This document shows, in pieces, positions 1 to 7,919 of a stretch of 25,836 nt of DNA. The DNA is from Candidatus Uhrbacteria bacterium (GTDB taxonomy: Bacteria > Patescibacteriota > Patescibacteriia > UBA9934), in NCBI GenBank assembly GCA_903891735.1, contig CAITFQ010000073.1, forward strand, positions 1 to 25,836, read 5' to 3'. Positions within the stretch are counted from its first letter, which is position 1; each line of letters begins with the position of its first letter. The translations under genes were made by a program, and so were the position numbers. The notes beneath the pieces are model-generated. The model was not told the origin of the DNA. It searched no databases and saw nothing but the letters and a program-made list of their open reading frames with translations.

Positions 1-341
1 ACGACTTCCTTGAGGCGGCGACCGAAGTCCTTGACGAAGGAAAGCTTGGCGCGGCGGACGCGCATTTGCTTCAAGACTTCCACCTTGGTGACGTTAGGTG
101 AGGCGAGAGGATAGATCTTCTCGACGCCGAAACCGTCGGTGACTTTGCGCACGCGGAAGTTGCGGCTAGCGCCAGCACCACGAACGCCCATAACAAGACC
201 TTCAAAGATCTGGACGCGGTTGCGCTTTTCGCCTTTGGCGTTAGTGTCTTCAATTTTTTCGTGGACGCGGACGACCATGCCTGGCTTGATTTCCGGGATG
301 GTGATGACGGCGACTTCTGGGGTGATGGTTTCTTCGCTCAT
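1..341 (-). CDS. rplS: 50S ribosomal protein L19 (3' end runs off the window start)
   Basis: My translation from ATG at 341: MSEETITPEVAVITIPEIKPGMVVRVHEKIEDTNAKGEKRNRVQIFEGLVMGVRGAGASRNFRVRKVTDGFGVEKIYPLASPNVTKVEVLKQMRVRRAKLSFV. It carries the L19 motifs QIFEG, GVEKIYP and VRRAKL. Not in the supplied ORF track because it is open-ended. Confidence 0.95.
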   Translation of the reverse strand, partial: MSEETITPEVAVITIPEIKPGMVVRVHEKIEDTNAKGEKRNRVQIFEGLVMGVRGAGASRNFRVRKVTDGFGVEKIYPLASPNVTKVEVLKQMRVRRAKLSFVKDFGRRLKEV

Positions 342-360
342 AAAATAGGGTAATAACTGG

Positions 361-389
361 CAAGATAGTAATGGAAAGCTGGACTTTGG
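361..389 (-). promoter_or_regulatory. Putative sigma70 promoter for rplS
   Basis: Minus strand reads TTGACC-17 nt-TACTAT upstream of the rplS ATG. Confidence 0.55.
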
Positions 390-396
390 TCAAGGT

Positions 397-951
397 TTAA
401 TGTGACTTGAGGGCGGCTAAAATGGCTTCTACTACCTGATTTGCTGGGGTTTTGGTGGTGTCGATGACTAGGTCGTAGTTGGCGCGATCGAGGTAGCTGA
501 CACCGTAAAGGGCTTGGTAACGGGCGTCGTCGGCGAGGAGACGGGCACGAATAGCGGCCTCGACTTCGGCTATGGAGGTGTAGACTGGTTCATCGCTGCG
601 ACTCTCCGGTTGGGCGAGTTTGGCCTGGTAAATGCGTTTGGCAGCCTCGGCTGGAGCCACGTCGAGAAAGACTTTGAAACTTTGGGGGATGAAATGCCAG
701 GAGAGACGGCCGTCGATGATGAAGTTGTCCTCGCGGCTGGCAATCTCGGTTTGGTAGTTGTCCACCTCGTGGTCGATTTCTGGTTTACCGAGCGCCCAGG
801 TGTTGAACTCGCCGATGGTCATGCCGTATTTGAGCGCTAGCTGGCCGAAGACGTCGCCCATGGAGTAGCGCTTGAGGCCGAGAGCGTCGGCTAAGGCGTT
901 GCGAACGGTGGTTTTGCCGGCGCCGGGAAGGCCAGTAATCGAAATGATCAT
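397..951 (-). CDS. cmk: Cytidylate kinase, short archaeal-type/AAA_17 family
   Basis: MIISITGLPGAGKTT P-loop, plus IIDGRLSWHF and KVFLD motifs, 184 aa. Confidence 0.85.
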   Translation of the reverse strand: MIISITGLPGAGKTTVRNALADALGLKRYSMGDVFGQLALKYGMTIGEFNTWALGKPEIDHEVDNYQTEIASREDNFIIDGRLSWHFIPQSFKVFLDVAPAEAAKRIYQAKLAQPESRSDEPVYTSIAEVEAAIRARLLADDARYQALYGVSYLDRANYDLVIDTTKTPANQVVEAILAALKSH

Positions 952-966
952 AGACGATGAGGAGAG

Positions 967-1893
967 TTAGTGTTTGCGACCACTCTGGCGCATGTGGTCG
1001 AGAGTATCAACGAGAGCTTGGGGGAGAGGAGCGGTGAAGGTCTGCTGGCCGCCGCTAGGGAGTTCGATAGTAAGTTCGCGAGCGTGGAGGAAGAGACGAC
1101 CTAGGTCAATCTGCTTTTGGCCTTTTTGGACGTAGAGTTGGTCGCCGACGACAGGGTGTTCGAGAGCAAAGAAGTGGGCGCGGATTTGGTGAGTACGGCC
1201 AGTTTCAATGACGACGTCGAGTAAGGTGGCGTGGCCGTTTAAGCGTTCAACGACGTCGTAATGAGTGATGGCTTCTTTGCCTTCTTGGCTGGTAGGACGG
1301 GCGGCCATGCGACCTAAAGTGGCACTACGGGCAATCGGGAAAGTGATGGTGCCGTGGTCGTCGACGATATTGCCGAGCACGAGGACGGTGTAGTGTTTGG
1401 TGGTGAGGCGTTCGGAGAATTGCTTTTTAAGGAAGAGGAAAGCCTCGCGGGTTTTACCGGCCACAACAATACCTGAGGCGTCGCGGTCTAAACGGTGAGC
1501 TAAGCCAGCGCGAGCAGCGTCGTCACCAACGTGCTCCATGGTGGGGCAATGGACTTTGAGGGCGTCGGCTAGAGTGAATTCGTGGCTGCCAGGAGCGGGG
1601 TGGGAGAGGACACCAGCGGCTTTGTTGACGACGATGATGTCGTCGTTCTCGAAGATGATGTCGAGCTTGGGCATGGTGCCTGCGGGGATAGGAGCGGTTG
1701 TAAAGTAGTCAGGATTGTAGCTGACGACATTTTTTATGGAGACTGAGGATTTTGGTGTGCTGGCTGCGTTGTCGACTAAAATAGCGCCAGCGGCAATGGC
1801 TTTTTGTAATTGATTGCGGCTGTAAGGCAAGACGGCCGCGAGACTTAGATCGAGGCGGGCAGGATCCTGGTTTGTGAGGGCGACGTTTAACAT
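967..1893 (-). CDS. rluD: RluA/RluD-family pseudouridine synthase with N-terminal S4 domain
   Basis: RLDLSL S4 start, VVNKAAG, catalytic HRLDRDASG, TGRTHQIRAH and HPVVGDQLY. Confidence 0.9.
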   Translation of the reverse strand: MLNVALTNQDPARLDLSLAAVLPYSRNQLQKAIAAGAILVDNAASTPKSSVSIKNVVSYNPDYFTTAPIPAGTMPKLDIIFENDDIIVVNKAAGVLSHPAPGSHEFTLADALKVHCPTMEHVGDDAARAGLAHRLDRDASGIVVAGKTREAFLFLKKQFSERLTTKHYTVLVLGNIVDDHGTITFPIARSATLGRMAARPTSQEGKEAITHYDVVERLNGHATLLDVVIETGRTHQIRAHFFALEHPVVGDQLYVQKGQKQIDLGRLFLHARELTIELPSGGQQTFTAPLPQALVDTLDHMRQSGRKH

Positions 1894-1998
1894 AGGCTCG
1901 AGTATGGCATATCTTGTGATTTTACGCTAGTTTTGCTATCATTTCAGAGCCTCTAATGGGTGACATTACAGATTGAGACTAGTTTCGATGAACGACCA

Positions 1999-2045
1999 AC
2001 CGAGCTTTCGAGGCGCACTACGAGTCGTGCGTCGAGGAAGTCGGT
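1999..2045. repeat. Imperfect palindrome upstream of tRNA-Ile
   Basis: accga-gctt-tcga-ggcgcac / gtgcg-tcga-ggaag-tcggt pair around an 8-nt loop. Confidence 0.5.
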
Positions 2046-2090
2046 GCAGGCGTGAGTCGAAAATAGGCCAAGCTGGAATGGCAGCAGTAC

Positions 2091-2166
2091 AGGCCTGTAG
2101 CTCAGGGGTTAGAGCAGCGAGCTTATACCTCGCCGGTCGATGGTTCGATCCCATCCAGGCCTACCA
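2091..2166 (+). tRNA. tRNA-Ile, anticodon UAU (TAT)
   Basis: Acceptor AGGCCTG/CAGGCCT; D stem GCTC/GAGC; anticodon stem GCGAG/CTCGC with loop CT-TAT-AC; T arm GATGG-TTCGATC-CCATC; discriminator A73; encoded CCA. Confidence 0.93.
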
Positions 2167-2290
2167 GAAATAATTAATTTGGCCTATTTTGGGCTTGTCA
2201 CGTCGTCGACTCGCTCAACGGACGGGCAATGTCCGTCTCGCGAGCTCTCCTAGTGGCGCACCCAAACTAGTCGCAAATTAATCATTTCTG
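2165..2290. repeat. Long imperfect inverted repeat downstream of tRNA-Ile
   Basis: cagaaataattaattt (2165-2180) pairs with aaattaatcatttctg (2275-2290) with one mismatch. It encloses an inner hairpin acggac-gggcaat-gtccgt and the pairs ctcgc/gcgag and tttggg/cccaaa. Confidence 0.6.
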
Positions 2291-2307
2291 CTAAAGTATT
2301 TAATTAT

Positions 2308-2469
2308 ATGTTTTTTGTAACGATTATACTGGTTGTGCTGTCGCTCACGATGTATATTTGGGGAGTGCGGAGTCACTCGGATGATAAGAAGAATTTGGGG
2401 GTGATTTTGTTTATTGGGGCGCTCGGAACTGGTGCGATTGAATATATGGCTGCTGGCCTTCTTTACTAA
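2308..2469 (+). CDS. Small hypothetical membrane protein (53 aa, two hydrophobic segments)
   Basis: My translation: MFFVTIILVVLSLTMYIWGVRSHSDDKKNLGVILFIGALGTGAIEYMAAGLLY. It is preceded by TGC-TAAAGT, and its stop is 1 nt before the next ATG. Below the ORF-track cutoff. Confidence 0.6.
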   Translation: MFFVTIILVVLSLTMYIWGVRSHSDDKKNLGVILFIGALGTGAIEYMAAGLLY

Positions 2470-2470
2470 T

Positions 2471-2860
2471 ATGCCTGGAGAATTTACGCAGTTGACTTGG
2501 GTCTTGGCGCTAACGTGGTTTATTTTGTACTGGTTGATTGGCGGGGTGATGTTCGCGATTGTGGCTTTAACGAGGTTTTTAAAGATTAAGAAGGCGCAGT
2601 TTAGCTGTTTGTTTACGGTGGCTAGTGCGGCAGCGGCCTATGGGGCGGCGGCAACTGGTTTGATTATGAGCCAAGGCCGGGCGGTTATGTGTTTGGGTGG
2701 AGCCAAGGGGCCGTTTAATGTGGCGAAAGCGATCTTTGGCTGTTCAGCCAGGGATATCTTTCTGTCGGGGGGTATTTGGTTTGCGCTGTTGATCCTGTTG
2801 TCGATTTTGTTCATGTTGCTGTCGCAATGGGAGAGTAAGGCTTTGACAAGTGACCGGTAA
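2471..2860 (+). CDS. Hypothetical membrane protein (about 3 TM segments, one Cys pair in a loop)
   Basis: ATG at 2471 (MPGEFTQLTW) directly follows the stop of the small ORF, so it is preferred over the track start at 2414. Hydrophobic stretches. Confidence 0.7.
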   Translation: MPGEFTQLTWVLALTWFILYWLIGGVMFAIVALTRFLKIKKAQFSCLFTVASAAAAYGAAATGLIMSQGRAVMCLGGAKGPFNVAKAIFGCSARDIFLSGGIWFALLILLSILFMLLSQWESKALTSDR

Positions 2861-2871
2861 AAGGCTATTCT
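2843..2871 (+). promoter_or_regulatory. Putative sigma70 promoter for tRNA-Val(GAC)
   Basis: TTGACA-17 nt-TATTCT, about 60 nt upstream of the tRNA. Confidence 0.6.
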
Positions 2872-2932
2872 TTGGCTCGTTCCTGAATGGATAATTCCAC
2901 GGGTTTGAAAACCCCTGAAATTGTCTGCTTCC

Positions 2933-3009
2933 GGACGCATAGCTCAGTTGGTTAGAGCGTTACATTGACATTGTAAAGGTCGGAGGTCCGAATCCTCCTG
3001 CGTCCACCA
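2933..3009 (+). tRNA. tRNA-Val, anticodon GAC
   Basis: Acceptor GGACGCA/TGCGTCC; anticodon stem TTACA/TGTAA with loop TT-GAC-AT; T stem GGAGG/CCTCC with non-canonical loop TCCGAAT; encoded CCA. Confidence 0.9.
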
Positions 3010-3012
3010 AGA

Positions 3013-3041
3013 AATTCCTCTACTCAGGTAGGGGATTTTTT
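3013..3041 (+). terminator. Intrinsic terminator after tRNA-Val(GAC)
   Basis: Hairpin tcctctac-tcag-gtagggga followed by a T tract. Confidence 0.65.
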
Positions 3042-3056
3042 GTTAGAGTGGCAGAT

Positions 3057-3572
3057 ATGAAAAACTATCCAACAGAGTCATGGATGAATCCAAAGCTAAC
3101 AACGAGGAATTCGCCAATGCATGGCGGGGGCGTGTTTGCGGTTGAGAATATCGACGAGGGAGAAATGTTAGTGCGTTGGGGAGGTCAAGTGTATACCACC
3201 AAGCAGCTGGAGGATGGTGAGACGAATGATCAGACTGCCTGTCAGATTGATGAGGAATTGCATATTGCTAGTCCGGCCGGAACTCCACTGATTGATGCAG
3301 ATTTGATGAACCATTCATGTGATCCGAATACTTGGATGGCCGACGAAGTGACAATAGTAGCACGTAGGCCGATTTCAGTTGGTGAGGAAGTGACGGCTGA
3401 TTATGCAGAGTGGGTGGCTTATCCAGATTATGAAACGATTAAAGATTGTAAGTGTGGCTCGTTATTGTGCCGTCATCTAGTGACGGGTAATGATTGGCGA
3501 TTGCCAGTGTTGCAGGAACGTTATAAAGGACATTGGCCACCTTATTTAGCGAAGAGGATTGAGAGGATTTAA
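3057..3572 (+). CDS. SET-domain lysine methyltransferase-like protein with post-SET Cys motif
   Basis: HGGGVFA, NHSCDPN, GEEVTADY and CKCGSLLCR. ATG 3057 is chosen over GTG 3048 because TGT-TAGAGT lies 7 nt upstream of it. Confidence 0.88.
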   Translation: MKNYPTESWMNPKLTTRNSPMHGGGVFAVENIDEGEMLVRWGGQVYTTKQLEDGETNDQTACQIDEELHIASPAGTPLIDADLMNHSCDPNTWMADEVTIVARRPISVGEEVTADYAEWVAYPDYETIKDCKCGSLLCRHLVTGNDWRLPVLQERYKGHWPPYLAKRIERI

Positions 3573-3620
3573 TTATCCACAAGTAGCGTTTTGACAATGT
3601 GAATATGTATGGTGAGATGA

Positions 3621-4496
3621 ATGCATAATCCAGTGCATTTATTTTTGCCTATGAAAAAGTCAACGCCCGCGGGGAGTGACAAGATGGCCTTTTTTAAAGG
3701 CAAAGAAGTGCGGAGGGTGATTTATGAGAAAGAGTGGTGGTTTTCGGTGGTTGATGTGATTGCTGTGCTGACCGATAGCCATAGATCTACGGCATACTGG
3801 TCAGCTATGAAAGCAAGAGTTCAGAGTGAAGACCGAATTCAGTTGTCTACAATTTGTAGACAACTGAAAATGGAGTCATTAGATGGTAAGATGTACTTGA
3901 CGGATTGTGCTAATACTGAGGGAATATTTCGTATAATTCAATCTATTCCATCGCCTAAAGCTGAACCGTTTAAGAGGTGGTTGGCTAAGGTTGGTTATGA
4001 GAGGATCCAAGAGATTGAAGATCCGGAATTAGCGTCGAAGAGAATGCGAGCGATTTATAAGGCTAAAGGATATTCGGATAAGTGGATTGATTTGCGTTTG
4101 CGAGGCATGAAAGTGCGGGAGGATTTGGTTGATGAATGGGAGCATCGTGGAGTGAAGGAAGAAAAAGAATATGCGATTTTGACAGCGGAAATTTCGGCGG
4201 CGACGTTTGGAATGACGCCAGCGGAGTATAAGAAGTTTAAGGGATTAAAGCGGGAGAATTTGCGGGATCATATGACTGATCTCGAGTTATTGTTTTCGAT
4301 GTTGGGTGAGGCGTCGACGGCTGAGATTGCTAAGGTTCGTGATGCTCGGGGATTGGGTGAGAACAAAAAAGCTGCTAAGCAAGGCGGTAAGATTGCGGGT
4401 GATGCTAGGCAGAAGCTCGAACTGACGACGGGAAAGAGGGTGGTGAAGAGAGATAATTATTTGAGTGAGCCGGAGGGTAAGAAAAAAATAAAATAG
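3621..4496 (+). CDS. Bro-N domain DNA-binding protein (antirepressor-like); start may be 3651
   Basis: FKGKEVRR..WWFSVVDVIAVLT, IFRIIQSIPSPKAEPFKRWLAKVGYERI and NLRDHMTDLEL, typical of the Bro-N family. Confidence 0.85.
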   Translation: MHNPVHLFLPMKKSTPAGSDKMAFFKGKEVRRVIYEKEWWFSVVDVIAVLTDSHRSTAYWSAMKARVQSEDRIQLSTICRQLKMESLDGKMYLTDCANTEGIFRIIQSIPSPKAEPFKRWLAKVGYERIQEIEDPELASKRMRAIYKAKGYSDKWIDLRLRGMKVREDLVDEWEHRGVKEEKEYAILTAEISAATFGMTPAEYKKFKGLKRENLRDHMTDLELLFSMLGEASTAEIAKVRDARGLGENKKAAKQGGKIAGDARQKLELTTGKRVVKRDNYLSEPEGKKKIK

Positions 4497-5576
4497 TTAT
4501 TCGACTAATGGTTCATGGTATTCAACCTCAATCCCAAATGGAGATGTGAGACGCCAAGTGTTGGTATTGGTGTGTTCGGCGAAGTTAGGAGTGAGGGGAA
4601 TTTTGCCGTGACCGCCGGGGAGGTCGAGCATGTAGCGAGGGAGGGCGATACCGGTGCAACGACCTTGAAGAGTGCGCATGATTTGCTGGCCGCGTTTGAT
4701 TGGGACGCGGAAGTGATTGGTGCCGCGAGCGAGGTCGAGTTGGTGTAAATAATAAGGTACGACGCGGATGTCGGTGAGTTTTTTGAAAAGGAGTTCGAGA
4801 GTGTCGGCGTTGTCGTTGATGCCAGCGAGAAGTGGGCCTTGGTTGCGGACGACGAGACCGGCGTTGACTAGTTTAGCGATGGCGTCGATATTGGCAGGAG
4901 CGATTTCTTGCGGGTGATTGAAATGGGTGACGATAAAAATTGGATGGGTAGCGTCTTGGTAGCGTTTAAAGATGGCGATGAGGTTGTCGGTAATGCGTGA
5001 GGGGAGATTGACGGGGACGCGGGTGTGGAAGCGGATGCGGTGAATACTTGGGATGGCGCGGATTTGTTGCAACCACTCCTCGATTTGCCAGTCGAGCAGA
5101 GTTAGCGGATCGCCGCCGGTGAAAATTACTTCTTCGACTTCAGTGTGAGATTTTAGATAGTTGATGATGCGCGCCAAGTCAGCGTCACCGGGGCCGGGGT
5201 TAGCCTCGCCGGTTTTGCTGCGGCGGAAACAGAAGCGACAGAATAGAGAACAGAAAATGGTGGCGTAGATGAGGACGCGGTCGGGGTAGCGATGAGTAAG
5301 AAATGGTACGGGGGATTTGGCATCGTCGCCGATGGGGTCGACAAGTTCTTCGGGTTGGAAGTCTAGTTCACGTTCGTGGGGGACGGACATGAGGAGAATA
5401 GGATCATTGGGGTTTTGCCAGTTGATGAGCGATAAAGTGTGCGGAGTAATCGAGAGCCTCATGTTGCCGATGACTTGCTGGAGCTTGGCTTTGTTGGGTA
5501 ACGGAAGATAGCGCTCGAGTTCGCCGAGCGTGCGGATACATTGACCGAGTTCTGTTTGCCATTGTTCTGCCGGCAT
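4497..5576 (-). CDS. KamA-family radical SAM protein (lysine 2,3-aminomutase/EpmB-like)
   Basis: LTHRYPDRVL, CxxxCxxC (CSLFCRFC), TGGDPL, THFNHP, PYYLHQLD and PLP-lysine motif PGGHGKIP. Confidence 0.9.
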   Translation of the reverse strand: MPAEQWQTELGQCIRTLGELERYLPLPNKAKLQQVIGNMRLSITPHTLSLINWQNPNDPILLMSVPHERELDFQPEELVDPIGDDAKSPVPFLTHRYPDRVLIYATIFCSLFCRFCFRRSKTGEANPGPGDADLARIINYLKSHTEVEEVIFTGGDPLTLLDWQIEEWLQQIRAIPSIHRIRFHTRVPVNLPSRITDNLIAIFKRYQDATHPIFIVTHFNHPQEIAPANIDAIAKLVNAGLVVRNQGPLLAGINDNADTLELLFKKLTDIRVVPYYLHQLDLARGTNHFRVPIKRGQQIMRTLQGRCTGIALPRYMLDLPGGHGKIPLTPNFAEHTNTNTWRLTSPFGIEVEYHEPLVE

Positions 5577-5615
5577 ATGGCCGAGACTGTTTCATGGCTG
5601 GGGCAGGGTGTCAAA

Positions 5616-6929
5616 CTAGATTTTACTAACTTGTAGTTGCAGGAAGGACAAAGCGGCGTCGCGGTCTTGGAGGGCGCCGGTGAGTTGAGCGTCGCGGACT
5701 TTTTTCAGGAGGGTGCGATAGCTGGGGCCGGGGGTGAGGCCGAGGGAGTTTAAGTCGCGGCCGCGGACGAGTTTGGGGAGGAGGCTTAGGCCGTCGTCCA
5801 AGGCGTCGAGCAGGCGGCGGGCGACGTGGAGGCGTTCGCGAGCAATGTGATGTTGGCCGTCGGCGAGGAACTTGCTGTGCATGAGGGCGAGCAAATTACG
5901 GCCGCGCTCGGAGGCGAAGTTTTTTTCGAAGGCGCTGGGCGAGAGGGTGGCGGGGTCGTGTTTATGGAAATAGTCGAGGTTGGTGAGGAGCCACGAGACG
6001 TCTTTGGTGAGATGACCTAAGTGGAATTTCTTGAGGAAGTCAGCCGCCAGTTTGCTAGCGCGTTCGTGATACATGAAGAGAGCGGCGACGATGGCCGCGG
6101 TTGCGATGCCGCTTAGCTTGAAGTGTTTATGGGTGTCGGGGTGGAGCAAGACGTCAAGAGATTTGGCGCCGGCCGACCAGGCGTCAGAGCCTAATTCGGG
6201 AGCGACAAGATGCGAGAGGCCGCTGTCGTGTAAGAGGTGGCTGCCGTACGTGGGGTGATGACGCAAAGTGTCGAGTAAGGCGCTGCCGATGACCGGGCGA
6301 GGGTGGGAGAATTCAGCAAGGCCGGCATCGTTGCGGGTGATTTTGTTTAGGCGGGGGAGGGAGCATTGCAAGGCGTGCCAGGTTTCGCCAGCGATGTGCA
6401 GGCTATGCGAGGCGGCGAGGCGCAGAGTGCGGAGCATGCGCAAAGGATCCTCGGCGAAAGTACGGAGGGGATAGCCGGGGACGCGGATTTGTTTATCGTG
6501 AAGATCGGCTAGGCCGCCGAGATGGTCGTACAGGCGCTGTTCGCGCAGGCTGTAAAGTGGAGCGTCGATGGTGAAATCAGCTGGTGGCAGGTTGTCGACG
6601 AAGATGAAGAGGGATTGGTCGGGCGTTGTGCGCGGGTGGAAAGTCATGGCCTGTTCGCTGCCTTCGAGGTCGAGATTGCCGAGTGGGGTGAGGGTGCGGC
6701 GAATATTTTTTGGGCTGACGCCGTCGATGGTGACGCTGGGATGAGTAACGTGGCGGCCGAGGAGAACGTCGCGAAGACTCGAGCCAGCGAGGGAAATATC
6801 GGCACGCTTGTTGTCCTCGAGCAACTGATTTGCCCAGGAAAAACGGGGGTCGCGGAGCAAAAAGTCGCGGGCGCGATCGCTCGGGGAAAAGGAGTTTTTA
6901 GCGTAATGCAAAAGTAGGTCGGCGGACAT
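5616..6929 (-). CDS. Class II CCA-adding/poly(A) polymerase-family protein with degenerate active site
   Basis: LRDVLLGR, DFTIDA, EDPLRMLR and C-terminal GRDL..LGLTPGP..LL are present. The catalytic DxD and RRD motifs are absent. Confidence 0.8.
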   Translation of the reverse strand: MSADLLLHYAKNSFSPSDRARDFLLRDPRFSWANQLLEDNKRADISLAGSSLRDVLLGRHVTHPSVTIDGVSPKNIRRTLTPLGNLDLEGSEQAMTFHPRTTPDQSLFIFVDNLPPADFTIDAPLYSLREQRLYDHLGGLADLHDKQIRVPGYPLRTFAEDPLRMLRTLRLAASHSLHIAGETWHALQCSLPRLNKITRNDAGLAEFSHPRPVIGSALLDTLRHHPTYGSHLLHDSGLSHLVAPELGSDAWSAGAKSLDVLLHPDTHKHFKLSGIATAAIVAALFMYHERASKLAADFLKKFHLGHLTKDVSWLLTNLDYFHKHDPATLSPSAFEKNFASERGRNLLALMHSKFLADGQHHIARERLHVARRLLDALDDGLSLLPKLVRGRDLNSLGLTPGPSYRTLLKKVRDAQLTGALQDRDAALSFLQLQVSKI

Positions 6930-6967
6930 GGTACCATTGTAGCATATTTTGATAAGTAGCTCATACT

Positions 6968-7918
6968 ATGGAAAATGATTTATTGCCTTACGACGAAAGC
7001 ATGATCGATGATGTTAAGACGACTGTTGAAAAGATATTGAATTGTAAAGCTGAAAAGGTAACAAAATTCGTTACGGGTACGATGAATCATGTGTTTAAAA
7101 TTGAGACCGATGAATCTGTGGTGGTAGCTCGGATATTCGGTAAACAAAATTTTCCAAATTGTGAGAAGCTGATTTGGGTCGACGATATTCTGAGAACTCA
7201 TGATATTAGTACGGCACGAATTCTGCATTGTGAGAAAGGTCAAATTCCATTCAAGCATGGTTATATGTTAATGGAATTTGTTGGAGGTAAGAACGGTCGG
7301 AGTGCTATAAAGGACGGAGATATTTCATTCGAAGATTATTTTATTAAATTCGGTGAGCTAATGCGGCGCATACATGCTATTAGGTTGACGGAAGATGGCG
7401 CAATCAAACTGAGTTTATTTGATGGTGGTTATGATTGGCTTGATTCGGTTTTGGCTGACTGTATGGTCAAGGGTAGTTTTTCTACTATTGATATAATAAA
7501 AGTTAAGAAATTTATTGTTGAGTCTCTTACAAAATATCAAACCAGATTTAAAAGTGTATTATGCCACTGCGATACGGGTCTACAGAATCATATCTATACT
7601 CCCTCTGGAGAGATCGTACTGATTGATTGGGATTTTGCAGAAGCGGGTTCACTTTTTAGAGATTTATCAGTGCTCACTTTTGACGGGAAGGAAATAGATG
7701 TTTTTGGGCCAAGAGAGGAGGTTATCGCTAAGATAACAGGATCATTCTTAAAAGGATACGGTGAAATTGGGTTTAATGATGACGAAATTAAGGAGATAGT
7801 TAATGCTCATCATTTGATTTCTCGAGTTTTCAACTTAGCTGCTTGTGGCGATGATAAGGCTGAGAGGACGAATATAAAAAGGATAGCGGAAGAGATAAGG
7901 TCGACGCTCAATGTATAA
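6968..7918 (+). CDS. Aminoglycoside phosphotransferase (APH)/choline kinase-like protein
   Basis: GTMNHVFKI, VVARI, Brenner-type HCDTGLQNHI and LIDWD motifs; AT-rich. Confidence 0.8.
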   Translation: MENDLLPYDESMIDDVKTTVEKILNCKAEKVTKFVTGTMNHVFKIETDESVVVARIFGKQNFPNCEKLIWVDDILRTHDISTARILHCEKGQIPFKHGYMLMEFVGGKNGRSAIKDGDISFEDYFIKFGELMRRIHAIRLTEDGAIKLSLFDGGYDWLDSVLADCMVKGSFSTIDIIKVKKFIVESLTKYQTRFKSVLCHCDTGLQNHIYTPSGEIVLIDWDFAEAGSLFRDLSVLTFDGKEIDVFGPREEVIAKITGSFLKGYGEIGFNDDEIKEIVNAHHLISRVFNLAACGDDKAERTNIKRIAEEIRSTLNV

Positions 7919-7919
7919 A

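Noticed and set aside
1966-2173. ORFs 1973..2173 (+) and 1966..2154 (-)
   Set aside because: They overlap the tRNA-Ile gene and palindromes; no protein features.
2878-2932. Two small hairpins in the tRNA-Val(GAC) leader (tgga/tcca, gggtt/aaccc)
   Set aside because: The stems are only 4-5 bp, match no RNA family I recognise, and could be chance.
2091-4496. Prophage or integrative element at the tRNA-Ile/tRNA-Val genes
   Set aside because: No integrase, no duplicated tRNA 3' end (att) and no phage structural genes; Bro-N alone is insufficient.
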